The notes under the pieces: model-generated
The model's database searches: none
Told to the model about the DNA's origin: nothing
The model's input: only the letters and a program-made list of their open reading frames with translations
Program-made: the position numbers and the translations under genes
Part shown: one piece after another, positions 53,334 to 62,879 of the stretch
Numbering within the stretch: the first letter of the stretch is position 1
How the letters are laid out: the number at the start of each line of letters is the position of its first letter
NCBI GenBank assembly: GCA_028817405.1
Contig: JAPPPS010000130.1
Location: 6,345-70,344, forward strand
Direction of reading: 5' to 3'
DNA length: 64,000 nucleotides
From: Gammaproteobacteria bacterium
GTDB lineage: Bacteria; Pseudomonadota; Gammaproteobacteria; Arenicellales; Poriferihabitantaceae

Positions 53334-53863
53334 GTTTGCGCGGCCGCGGTGTTGCGCCCGGCGACGGCCATGCCGGCATCGAAGTCGACCATGACTTCGA
53401 CCGCCAATGCATGGCCGCGGCGCTGACCATGGCCCGGCAAGCGCGCGACGCCGGCGAGGTGCCGGTCGGCGCGGTGGTGGCGTTGCGCGGCGCAATCATC
53501 GGCCGCGGCCGCAACCAAAGCATCCGCGCATGCGACCCCGGCGCGCACGCGGAAATGCTGGCGATTCGCGACGCCGCGCGCGCCCTCGGCAACCACCGCT
53601 TGGCCGGCGCGTGTTTGTATGTGACCTTGGAACCGTGCGTCATGTGCGCCGGCGCCATCGCCCACGCGCGCCTCGCCCGCTTGGTTTTCGGGGCGCGCGA
53701 CGAGCGCTTCGGCGCGGCCGGCGGCGCGCTGAACCTGCTGGAATCGCCGTTTGTCAACCACCACTGCGCCATCACCGCCGGCCTCGAAGCGCCAGATTGC
53801 GCGGCGCTGCTGCAAGATTTTTTTGCGGCGAGGCGGGCGGATGCCGGGCCCGCGGCATCCTAA
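53324..53863 (+). CDS. tadA: tRNA adenosine(34) deaminase
   Basis: [21 protein letters not shown]. Confidence 0.92.
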   Translation: MGMSLRGRGVAPGDGHAGIEVDHDFDRQCMAAALTMARQARDAGEVPVGAVVALRGAIIGRGRNQSIRACDPGAHAEMLAIRDAARALGNHRLAGACLYVTLEPCVMCAGAIAHARLARLVFGARDERFGAAGGALNLLESPFVNHHCAITAGLEAPDCAALLQDFFAARRADAGPAAS

Positions 53864-54015
53864 CCCGCCGCGCCACCGCCGCCCGCAACTTGCCAGCGGC
53901 GGCGGAATTGTGCCAAGATATTTCCCGGCAAACCGGCGCGGGCGGCGCGTTGGCCGATTCGACCAGCCGCCGGTCCGCCGGTTGATGACTCTTCACCACC
54001 TCGGAGGAACTCCAA

Positions 54016-55152
54016 ATGACACTGCACAAAACCCCGGCGCACAAAACCCCGGCCAACAAAACCCTGGCCGGCATCGTAGCGTGCGCCATCGCCGGCGTCA
54101 TGGCCATGGCCGCCCAGGCCCAGGAACGCGTCCTGCATGTAACCAACTGGGCCGAATACATCGCCGAAGACACCATCGCCAACTTCGAGAAAGAGTTCGG
54201 CATCAAGGTGGTCTACGACAACTACGATTCGGTCGAATCCATCGACTCCAAACTGCTGGCCGGCAACACCGGCTACGATGTCGTCAGCCATTCCGGGTCG
54301 CAGATTGCGCGCCTGATTCCGGCCGGCATTTTGCAGAAGGTCGACAAGTCGAAACTGCCGAACCTGAAGCACATGCGCGCGGATGTGATGGCGCAGTTGG
54401 GCGAGACTTGGGACCCCGGCAACCAGTATGTGGTGCCGTACATGTGGGGCACGCACGGCGTGACCTACAACGCCGAACTGGTGCGCAGCGTTCACCCCGG
54501 CGCGCCCATCGGCTCGCTGGACATGGTGTTCCAGCCCGAGCACATGGAGAAGTTGGCGCAGTGCGGCGTCGCCTTCCTCGACTCGCCGACCGATGTGATG
54601 CCGATGGCGCTGGCGTATCTGGGGCTCGAAACCAGTTCCACCAAGAGCGCCGACTACGCCAAAGCCGAGAAGATGCTGAGCCGTGTGCGGCCGTACATCA
54701 AAACCTTCGATAACTACGCCTACCAGCGCATGATGGAGAAGGAATTTTGCGTGGCAATCACCTGGGGTCCGGACGGTCTGCTGGCGATGCAGGGCGCGGC
54801 CGAGGCGAACACCGGCGTGGTGCTGGACTTCTTCTTGCCGCCGGGGGCCGGCGCCGCCAATGTGTGGATAGACGGTTGGATTATTCCCGCCGACGCCAAA
54901 AATGTCGCCGACGCGCACTTGTTTCTCAACTACATGATGCGCCCCCAAGTGGCCGCCAACGACAGCAACTACACCACCTACGCGACCGGCAACAAGGATG
55001 CCATCGGCATGGTCGATGCGTCCATCGCCAACCGAATCGGCAGTTATCCGCCGCCGGAGATGGTCGCCGACATGTATACCCTGGCCGTGCTGCCGCCGAA
55101 AGTGGAGCGCGCAAGGACGCGGGCGTGGACCAAGTTCAAGAGCGGCAACTGA
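54016..55152 (+). CDS. potF: polyamine ABC substrate-binding protein (PotF/SpuD-like)
   Basis: LHVTNWAEYI, FEKEFGIKV, YDVVS, PYMWGT; GGAGG SD. Confidence 0.85.
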   Translation: MTLHKTPAHKTPANKTLAGIVACAIAGVMAMAAQAQERVLHVTNWAEYIAEDTIANFEKEFGIKVVYDNYDSVESIDSKLLAGNTGYDVVSHSGSQIARLIPAGILQKVDKSKLPNLKHMRADVMAQLGETWDPGNQYVVPYMWGTHGVTYNAELVRSVHPGAPIGSLDMVFQPEHMEKLAQCGVAFLDSPTDVMPMALAYLGLETSSTKSADYAKAEKMLSRVRPYIKTFDNYAYQRMMEKEFCVAITWGPDGLLAMQGAAEANTGVVLDFFLPPGAGAANVWIDGWIIPADAKNVADAHLFLNYMMRPQVAANDSNYTTYATGNKDAIGMVDASIANRIGSYPPPEMVADMYTLAVLPPKVERARTRAWTKFKSGN

Positions 55153-55321
55153 GCCGCAACGGATCCACGGTTAGTGGTGGCGGTTGCGCCGCCGGTGTCT
55201 CGCGCATCGGCGGCGCAACTTGGGCCGCATTGGAATTAACTTGCGTCAGTGAGTTTCCCGCCGCGCCCTTTGCGCGCGACCAACATGCCGACCGCCGCCG
55301 GCAACGAACAAACCCGCCCGC

Positions 55322-56512
55322 ATGACTTCCGCCACTTCCGCCGCCACCGATGTCTATTTGGAACGCCCGTGGCTCGACGCCGCGGCCGAGCCGTTTATTC
55401 GCATTCAGGGGGTCAGCAAGCGTTTCGGCGATTTCACCGCGGTCGAGAATGTCGACCTGGACATTTACCGCGGCGAGTTGTTTTCACTGTTGGGCGGCTC
55501 CGGTTGCGGCAAGACCACGCTGCTGCGCATGTTGGCCGGGTTTGAGACGCCCACGGTCGGGCGCATCACCATCGACAACGCCGACATGACCGAGGCGCCG
55601 CCGTACCAGCGCCCGGTCAACATGATGTTTCAATCATATGCGTTGTTCCCGCACATGAATGTGGCCGACAATGTCGCTTACGGTTTGAAGCGCGACCGCG
55701 TGCCGAAGAATGAAATCGCCCGGCGGGTGGCGGAAATTTTAAGCATGGTCGAGTTGCAGGAATTCGGCAAACGCAAACCGCACCAGTTGTCCGGCGGCCA
55801 GCGCCAGCGCGTGGCGCTGGCCCGGGCCCTGGTCAAGCAACCCAAGGTGCTGCTGCTGGACGAGCCGCTGGCGGCGCTCGACAAACGCCTGCGCGAGCAG
55901 ACGCAGTTTGAACTGATGAACTTGCAGGAGCGACTCGGCGTCACTTTCATCGTGGTCACGCACGACCAGGAGGAGGCGATGACGCTGTCCACGCGCATCG
56001 CGGTGATGGACGCCGGGCGCATCATTCAAGTGGGCGAGCCGGGCGAAGTCTACGAGCGGCCAAAGACGCGCAAAATCGCCAACTTCATCGGCAGCATCAA
56101 CACTTTCGACGGCCGCATCGTCACCGTCGACGGTGACGCCGGCGAACTGGCGTTATCCTGCCCGGCATTTTCATCGCCGCTGAAGGTGCCGCGCGAGGCC
56201 GACTTGAAAGCCGGCCAAAAAGCGACTCTCGCCATCCGCCCGGAAAAAATCATGATGAGCAAAGACGCGCCCGAAGACCGGGCGTTGGCGCGCCTGCAAG
56301 GCGAGGTGGTCGAGTTGGCGTATATGGGCAACCTGTCGATTTACCGGGTGCAAGTCGACGGCGACGGCGGCGACAACAACGATGGTGACGGCGGCGACAT
56401 TATCCAAGTGACGGCGCCGAACTTGCAGCGCGTCGACCGCCGCAACATCGAATGGGACGACCGCGTGTGGCTGAGTTGGCGGCCGGACAACAGTTTCATT
56501 CTGCGCGACTGA
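55322..56512 (+). CDS. potG: polyamine ABC ATP-binding subunit
   Basis: [36 protein letters not shown]. Confidence 0.88.
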   Translation: MTSATSAATDVYLERPWLDAAAEPFIRIQGVSKRFGDFTAVENVDLDIYRGELFSLLGGSGCGKTTLLRMLAGFETPTVGRITIDNADMTEAPPYQRPVNMMFQSYALFPHMNVADNVAYGLKRDRVPKNEIARRVAEILSMVELQEFGKRKPHQLSGGQRQRVALARALVKQPKVLLLDEPLAALDKRLREQTQFELMNLQERLGVTFIVVTHDQEEAMTLSTRIAVMDAGRIIQVGEPGEVYERPKTRKIANFIGSINTFDGRIVTVDGDAGELALSCPAFSSPLKVPREADLKAGQKATLAIRPEKIMMSKDAPEDRALARLQGEVVELAYMGNLSIYRVQVDGDGGDNNDGDGGDIIQVTAPNLQRVDRRNIEWDDRVWLSWRPDNSFILRD

Positions 56513-56514
56513 AC

Positions 56515-57498
56515 ATGCCGCCCCGCCCCGACACCGCCGGTCTTTTCCCGCGCGCCGGCGCCGCTCAGGCGTGGCATAACTGGCGCCGGCATTTCAGCGA
56601 TTTCGCGCAAACCCACTGGCGCGAACTGACCATCGCCGTTCCGTACTTGTGGCTGCTGGTTTTCTTTCTGGTGCCGTTCTTCATCGTGCTGAAAATCAGT
56701 TTGGCCGAGTCGCTGATTGCCAGTCCGCCGTTTTCACCGTTGATTGAATGGGCCGAAGGCGAGGCGCTGCGCATCCGAATTATCTTCGACAACTTCGCCT
56801 GGTTGCTGGAAGACGAGTTGTATGTGCAGACCTATCTCAACTCGCTGAAAATCTCGACCGTCTCCACCGTTCTCTGCCTGCTCATCGGCTACCCCATCGC
56901 GTACGCCATCGTGCGCGCGCCGCCCGGCGCGCGGCACATTCTGCTGTTGCTGATTATCCTGCCGTTCTGGACCTCGTTCTTGCTTCGGGTGTATGCGTGG
57001 ATTGGCATCCTCGCCGACCGCGGCACGATTAACAACTTTCTCATGTGGACCGGGGTCATCGACCAGCCGGTGCGCTTGCTGTATTCGGAGTTCGCGGTCT
57101 ACCTCGGCATCGTGTATTCGTATCTGCCGTTCATGATTTTGCCGTTATACGCCAACATGGAAAAACTCGACGCCACGCTGCGCGAGGCCGCGTCCGACTT
57201 GGGCGCGCATCCGGCCACCACCTTCTTCACCGTCACCCTGCCGCTGACGGTGCCGGGCATCGTGGCCGGCGCGCTGCTGGTGTTCATCCCCGCGACCGGC
57301 GAGTTCGTCATCCCCGACTTGCTCGGCGGCGGCAATGTGCTGATGATTGGCAAGGTGTTATACGGCGAGTTCAACGCCAACCACGACTGGCCGGTGGCCG
57401 CGGCCGTGGCCATCGCGTTGCTGGTGGTGTTGGTCGCGCCGATGATGCTGTACCAGCATTTTCAATCCCGGGAAATGGAGCCGGGCAAGTGGCGATGA
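56515..57498 (+). CDS. potH: polyamine ABC permease
   Basis: PFWTSFLLRVYAW, EAASDLGA, PDLLGG. Confidence 0.85.
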   Translation: MPPRPDTAGLFPRAGAAQAWHNWRRHFSDFAQTHWRELTIAVPYLWLLVFFLVPFFIVLKISLAESLIASPPFSPLIEWAEGEALRIRIIFDNFAWLLEDELYVQTYLNSLKISTVSTVLCLLIGYPIAYAIVRAPPGARHILLLLIILPFWTSFLLRVYAWIGILADRGTINNFLMWTGVIDQPVRLLYSEFAVYLGIVYSYLPFMILPLYANMEKLDATLREAASDLGAHPATTFFTVTLPLTVPGIVAGALLVFIPATGEFVIPDLLGGGNVLMIGKVLYGEFNANHDWPVAAAVAIALLVVLVAPMMLYQHFQSREMEPGKWR

Positions 57499-58340
57499 AT
57501 CCCAAACGCTCGACCTTTTTGTTCTCGGTGCTGTGTTTCGGCATGGCGTTTTTGTATGTGCCGATGGCGCTGCTGGTGTTGTATTCGTTCAACCACTCCA
57601 AACTGGTGCCGGTGTGGGGCGGGTTTTCATTGCGTTGGTATAAAACCCTGTTCACCAGCGAGGAAGTGTGGAACGCGCTGACTTTGAGTTTGCAAGTCGC
57701 GGTGGTCAACGCCACCTTCGCCACCCTGCTCGGCACCCTGGCCGGGCTGGCCCTGGTGCGCTTTGGCCGGTTCCGCGGGCGCACTTTGTTCACCGGCATG
57801 ATTTCCGCGCCGTTGGTCATGCCCGAAGTCATCACCGGCTTGTCGCTGCTGTTGCTGTTCATCACCATGAACGAATTGCTCGGCTGGCCGTCCAGCCGCG
57901 GCGTCACCACCATCACCATCGCCCACATCACCTTCTCGATGGCATATGTCGCGGTCATCATTCAGTCGCGGCTGTCCGGCGTGGCGCAAGACTTGGAAGA
58001 AGCGGCGCAGGACTTGGGCGGCAAACCGTTGCGCGTCATGTTCGATATCACCCTGCCGCTGCTGGCGCCGGGCATGCTGGCCGGCTGGCTGCTGGCGTTC
58101 ACGCTGTCGCTGGACGATTTGGTCATCGCCAGTTTCGTCTCCGGGCCCGGCGCCAACACGCTGCCGATGCTGATTTACTCGCGCGTGCGGCTGGGCCTGC
58201 GCCCGGACATCAACGCGCTGGCGACCATCATCATCATGACCGTCGCCATCGGCGTGGCGCTGGCCGGCTATCTCCTCATGCGCCAGCGAAAACAAATCGA
58301 CCGCGACCGCCAAATGGCGGCGGCCGGCGCGGCGACTTAG
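57495..58340 (+). CDS. potI: polyamine ABC permease
   Basis: PLVMPEVITG, EEAAQDLG, FTLSLDD. Confidence 0.85.
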   Translation: MNPKRSTFLFSVLCFGMAFLYVPMALLVLYSFNHSKLVPVWGGFSLRWYKTLFTSEEVWNALTLSLQVAVVNATFATLLGTLAGLALVRFGRFRGRTLFTGMISAPLVMPEVITGLSLLLLFITMNELLGWPSSRGVTTITIAHITFSMAYVAVIIQSRLSGVAQDLEEAAQDLGGKPLRVMFDITLPLLAPGMLAGWLLAFTLSLDDLVIASFVSGPGANTLPMLIYSRVRLGLRPDINALATIIIMTVAIGVALAGYLLMRQRKQIDRDRQMAAAGAAT

Positions 58341-59578
58341 CCTCCCATTTCCGCGTTGAGCCGCGCCACCTCGCCGGGCGGCGGCGCGGCGGCCAGGGAC
58401 GCGACCGGCAGGATGCGGCGGATTTGTTCGTGGAAGGCCGGCACGCCGCGCTCGATGGACGACAGGCGCGGCGCGGGGAACGCGCTCGACTGCATGCCGG
58501 CTTGCAATCGCCGGGCGAAAGCCGCGTCCTCGCGGTCGGCGGCGCGGTTGATGCGGGCGCCGAGATAGCGCGCCGCCCGCACTTCGCGGCGCGGGTCGGG
58601 CAGCGCGTAGCCGCCGCCGACAAAGCGGGTGGCGTCGGCGGACAACGGAATCGACATGTAGAACTCCAGGCCCTCCGGGTAAATCGCCAGCACCGTGCTC
58701 GGAAAAATCCCAACATAAAACCACAACCTGCGGTGCGCCGGCGGCAAGTGAGCGAAGTCCGGCAACAGTTTTTGGTAGTGCCGCACGCTCCACGAATGGC
58801 CCGGCGTTTCGTTCAACCGGGCGAAAGAAACCGAAACGCCGCCGACCCAGTCGTCGCGGTAGTTGTCGCCGTAGAGTTCCTGCAACTGCGGATGGCCGAC
58901 CGGCACATGGTAGCCCTCGTTGTCGACATCGTGAATCACTTTCCAGTTGCAGGGGCGCCGTTCCCGGAAACGCGCGCCGGGCAACGGCTCGAGGTCGGGC
59001 AGGCGGTGCGGCGCGAGCAAGTCATCGACCGGCCGCATGGTTTGCTCCACCGACGGGCCGTCGCCGGCGAACCGGACGAAAATGAAGCCGTGCCACACTT
59101 CCATGCGCAACGGCGCCAGGCGAATCGCCGCGCGGTCGAGGCCGTCGAAAGTGGCGGCGGCCGGCACACCGCGCAATTGGCCGTCGAGGCCGTAAGTCCA
59201 GCCGTGAAACGGGCAGGTGATTCGATTCGGGCAGCGCCCGCGCTCCGAGTCGACCAAGCGCGCGCCGCGATGCCGGCAGACATTGTGAAACGCGCGCAGT
59301 TGGTCGTCGGCGCCGCGCACCACCAGCGCGCTTTCGCCGCCGGCTTCGAAGGTCAGGCAGTCGCCGGCCGCCGCCAAGTCGCTGACATGCCCGGCCAGCA
59401 ACCACTGCCGCCGGAACAAATGCTCGATTTCCAGCGCGGTGAATTCCTCGCTCCGGTAAGTCCACGGCGACAGCATGGCCGGCATCGCCTCGGCCGGTTG
59501 CGCGCCGCCGTCGGCCGGCGGCATGCGCCGGTCTTTCGGCTGGCTGCGGGCGATGGCGGCGGCGGGCGGGGCGGTCAT
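58337..59578 (-). CDS. Rieske non-heme iron oxygenase alpha subunit (choline/carnitine monooxygenase-like)
   Basis: NVCRHRG...CPFHGW Rieske motif; NWK...DNEGYHVPVGH iron-site segment. Confidence 0.85.
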   Translation of the reverse strand: MTAPPAAAIARSQPKDRRMPPADGGAQPAEAMPAMLSPWTYRSEEFTALEIEHLFRRQWLLAGHVSDLAAAGDCLTFEAGGESALVVRGADDQLRAFHNVCRHRGARLVDSERGRCPNRITCPFHGWTYGLDGQLRGVPAAATFDGLDRAAIRLAPLRMEVWHGFIFVRFAGDGPSVEQTMRPVDDLLAPHRLPDLEPLPGARFRERRPCNWKVIHDVDNEGYHVPVGHPQLQELYGDNYRDDWVGGVSVSFARLNETPGHSWSVRHYQKLLPDFAHLPPAHRRLWFYVGIFPSTVLAIYPEGLEFYMSIPLSADATRFVGGGYALPDPRREVRAARYLGARINRAADREDAAFARRLQAGMQSSAFPAPRLSSIERGVPAFHEQIRRILPVASLAAAPPPGEVARLNAEMGG

Positions 59579-59695
59579 GCGGTGAGGAAATCGCGGTGGC
59601 GATGAGCAAGTCGGATGAGGTTAACGCAATCTCGATGCGGGTTCAACGCCGCCCGCCTCGGTAAAACACCGTCGCATCAATGAAACGGCGTCCGC

Positions 59696-60577
59696 TCAGT
59701 AAAACGCCGGTTCCCCCGGCGGTCGGGTTTTGAATCTTCGGTGCGACCATAAGTATTGCGCGGGGGCTTGCGCGACGAGGGATTCTATGGCGCGGTTCAT
59801 GGCGGTGGCGTCGGCGACTTGGTCGCCGCTGGGGTAGTCAGCCAGCGGCGCGCCGAAGATGATTTCGAAGCCGCGGCCGAACGGCAGCAGGCGGGTGGCG
59901 CAGGGGATGACGGTGGCGCCGGTGATGCCGGCGAGGCGGCCCAAGGCCGAGAAGGTTGCCGCTTGCACGCCGAAGAACGGCGCGAACACGGCGGCGTTGC
60001 GGCCCGGGTCTTGGTCCGGCAGGTAGTAGAACGGGCGGCCGCCGCGAATCAGGCGCAGCATGGTTTTGGGCGCGCGCCGGCGGTCGAATTGGATGGCGCC
60101 GAATCGCGCGCGCCGGCGTTTGATGAACGCATCCAGCAGCGGGTTTTTGTGGCGCTGGTACATGCTCACCATCGGCGTCGACACCGACAAGCGCAGGCCG
60201 CCGTGTTCCAAGCCGACGAAGTGCGGGGCCAGCACGATGATGGGCGCGCCGCGGGCGCGCACGCGCTCGTAGATGTCGCGGTTGCGGAATTGCGTTAGTC
60301 GCCGCATCCGCGCCCGACTACCCCACCACGCGATGCCGCCGGCCAGCACCGCAATCACCACCGCGCGAAAATGCGCGCGCGCCAAGCGGCGGATGTCGGC
60401 CTCGGTGCTGCCCGGGAAGCATGCGCGCAGGTTGCGCCCGGCGATGCGGCGGCGCGGACGGTGCAGCGCGTACGCCAAGCCGCCGCCGACCCAGCCGAGC
60501 GCGTAAATCACCGGCAGCGGCAGCCACGCCAAGGCCCGCAGCAGCGCGATGGCCAGCCACAACGGCCAGAACCGCAT
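59696..60577 (-). CDS. lpxL: lipid A lauroyl/palmitoleoyl acyltransferase (start uncertain)
   Basis: PHFVGLE (HxxxxE), YLPDQD, FAPFFG, QYLWSHRRFKTRP. Confidence 0.85.
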   Translation of the reverse strand: MRFWPLWLAIALLRALAWLPLPVIYALGWVGGGLAYALHRPRRRIAGRNLRACFPGSTEADIRRLARAHFRAVVIAVLAGGIAWWGSRARMRRLTQFRNRDIYERVRARGAPIIVLAPHFVGLEHGGLRLSVSTPMVSMYQRHKNPLLDAFIKRRRARFGAIQFDRRRAPKTMLRLIRGGRPFYYLPDQDPGRNAAVFAPFFGVQAATFSALGRLAGITGATVIPCATRLLPFGRGFEIIFGAPLADYPSGDQVADATAMNRAIESLVAQAPAQYLWSHRRFKTRPPGEPAFY

Positions 60578-60986
60578 GGCGCGGAACCGCCACAGCAATG
60601 CCGGCAGCGTCGGCGGCGCTTCAAACTCCGAGGCGTTTTGATTCACGGTGACAGTGGTTTGGCGGCCGGCGTTGCGGTATAATCGGCGACCCGCGCGCGG
60701 ATGAACGCGACACAGACGATGGACAAACTGACAAGCGAAACGACCAACGAAACGACAGGCGAAACTGCAGGCAAAACAGCAGGCGAACGAATAGGCGAAT
60801 GAATAGGCAACGGCGAACAATGAAAACAATCGCGCGATTTTACTCGATGCGCCGCCTTCCTTCCCCGCGGCCGGCGGCGCAAGCAAACGCCATGCGGCCG
60901 GCGGCGCAAGCCATTTTCCCGCGGCCGCCGGCCTTTCGCCCGGCAACGCCAACCATCCGCCCGCGGCCGCCGGCCCCGCGCCTCCG

Positions 60987-62846
60987 ATGACCGAAACTTT
61001 GCAACTCAGCGTCGAGATGGTCGGCGTGCTGGCGCTGCTGGCGTTCACGATTTATCTGTTCGCGTTCGAGGTGGTGCGGGTCGATGTCGCGGCGATTGCG
61101 GTGATGGTGGTCATCGGTTTGACCAGCGTCATCCCCGGCTACGCCGGCTTGGTGCAGCCGGAGCAATTGTTCAGCGGCTATTCCAGCAACGCGGTCATCT
61201 CCATCATCGCCATCATGATTATCGGCGCGGGCTTGGACCGCACCGGCGTCATGAGTCAGTTGGCGGGCAAAATATTAAAACTCAGCGGCGCCACCGAAGG
61301 CCGGGTCATCGTGTTCATCTCCAGCGTGGTCGGCATCCTGTCGAGTTTCATGCAGAACATCGGCGCGGCCGCGTTGTTCCTGCCGGTGGTCAACCGCATC
61401 GCGCGGCGCGGCAACTTGGCGAGTTCGCGTCTTCTGATGCCGATGGGATTCTGCGCCATCTTAGGCGGCACCGTCACCATGGTCGGCTCCAGCCCGCTGA
61501 TTCTTCTCAACGACCTCATCGAGAACTCCAACAACACGCTGCCGGCCGGCGTGCAGCGCATGGACACTTTCGGTTTGTTCGAGGTGACGCCGGTCGGCAT
61601 CGCGCTGTTGTTGTTGGGCGTGTGTTACTTCGTCTTCCTCGGCCGCTTCGTATTGCCGGTCATCAAGCACAAGCCCGGCGAGTCCGGCAGCATGCTGAAA
61701 TATTTCAAGGAAGTGTACGGCATCGCCGGCGAAGTTTATGAATGCCGGGTGACCCGCGACAGTCCGTTGGTCGGCAAAACACTGTCCGATGTCGATGCGG
61801 CCGGCCGGGCCGGCTGGATTGTCGCATTGCGCACCGGCGAGGAGGTGCGCGTGGCGCCGCGCGGCGACTCGGAGTTTATGGAAGGCAGCGAGATGGCGAT
61901 TATGGGGCGGCGTCAGGATGTGTTCGACTTCGCGGAAGAATACGCGCTGCGCATCAAGAACGAGATGGATGTGTTCGCCGAAGTGCTCAGCACCACCAGC
62001 GCCGGCATCGCCGAAATCGTCATCATGCCGGACTCGGCGATGATTGGCAAAAGCATCAAAGACGCGGAGATTCGCAAGAAGTACGGCGCCACCGTGTTGG
62101 CGGTGTTTCGCGCCGATGATGTCATCGACCGCGACTTAAGCGACTTGGTGATGCAGTCCGGCGACACCTTGGTGGTGCATATTCGCTGGGGAGAATTGAT
62201 TCCGATTGCGGACCAGCGTCACGACTTCGCGGTGGTCACCGACTTCCCGCGCGAGGACAGTCGCCCGGAAAAACTCAAATACGCCGGCTTCTTTTTCTTC
62301 CTCACACTGTACTTGGTGTTGTTCACCGACATGCGGTTGTCGATTGCGCTGATGACCGGGGCCGCGGGCATGATTTTGTTCGGCGTGATTAAAATCGAGG
62401 AAGCGTACCGCGCCATCGGCTGGCAGAGCGTTTTTCTTCTCGCGAGTTTAATTCCGCTCGGCGTGGCAATGGAAAACAGCGGCACCGCGGAATGGATGGC
62501 GCAGCAGATGCTGCTGATGTTGGGCGGCGTGCCGGTGTGGGTACTGCAAGCGGTGCTGGCGGTGCTGGCGACCGTGTTCACGCTGTTGATGTCGAATGTC
62601 GGCGCGACCGTGTTGTTGGTGCCGTTGGCGGTGAACATCGCCATCGGCGCCGGCGCCAACCCCGCGGTGTTCGCGTTGACCGTGGCCTTGGCGACTTCGA
62701 ATTCGTTTTTGATTCCCACCCACCAAGTCAACGCGCTCATCATGGGGCCGGGCGGCTACCAAGTGTCCGACTTCCTCAAAGCCGGCAGCATTATCACCGT
62801 GATGTTTTTGGTGGTGATGATTGCGATGCTGACGTTGTTTTATTGA
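60987..62846 (+). CDS. SLC13-family permease with TrkA-C domains
   Basis: SFMQNIGAAA, GGTVTMVGSSP, LMSNVGA, IPTHQVNAL; two central RCK_C repeats. Confidence 0.88.
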   Translation: MTETLQLSVEMVGVLALLAFTIYLFAFEVVRVDVAAIAVMVVIGLTSVIPGYAGLVQPEQLFSGYSSNAVISIIAIMIIGAGLDRTGVMSQLAGKILKLSGATEGRVIVFISSVVGILSSFMQNIGAAALFLPVVNRIARRGNLASSRLLMPMGFCAILGGTVTMVGSSPLILLNDLIENSNNTLPAGVQRMDTFGLFEVTPVGIALLLLGVCYFVFLGRFVLPVIKHKPGESGSMLKYFKEVYGIAGEVYECRVTRDSPLVGKTLSDVDAAGRAGWIVALRTGEEVRVAPRGDSEFMEGSEMAIMGRRQDVFDFAEEYALRIKNEMDVFAEVLSTTSAGIAEIVIMPDSAMIGKSIKDAEIRKKYGATVLAVFRADDVIDRDLSDLVMQSGDTLVVHIRWGELIPIADQRHDFAVVTDFPREDSRPEKLKYAGFFFFLTLYLVLFTDMRLSIALMTGAAGMILFGVIKIEEAYRAIGWQSVFLLASLIPLGVAMENSGTAEWMAQQMLLMLGGVPVWVLQAVLAVLATVFTLLMSNVGATVLLVPLAVNIAIGAGANPAVFALTVALATSNSFLIPTHQVNALIMGPGGYQVSDFLKAGSIITVMFLVVMIAMLTLFY

Positions 62847-62879
62847 GTCGCGTTGCGCAACTCGATTCCGTTGTTCCCG

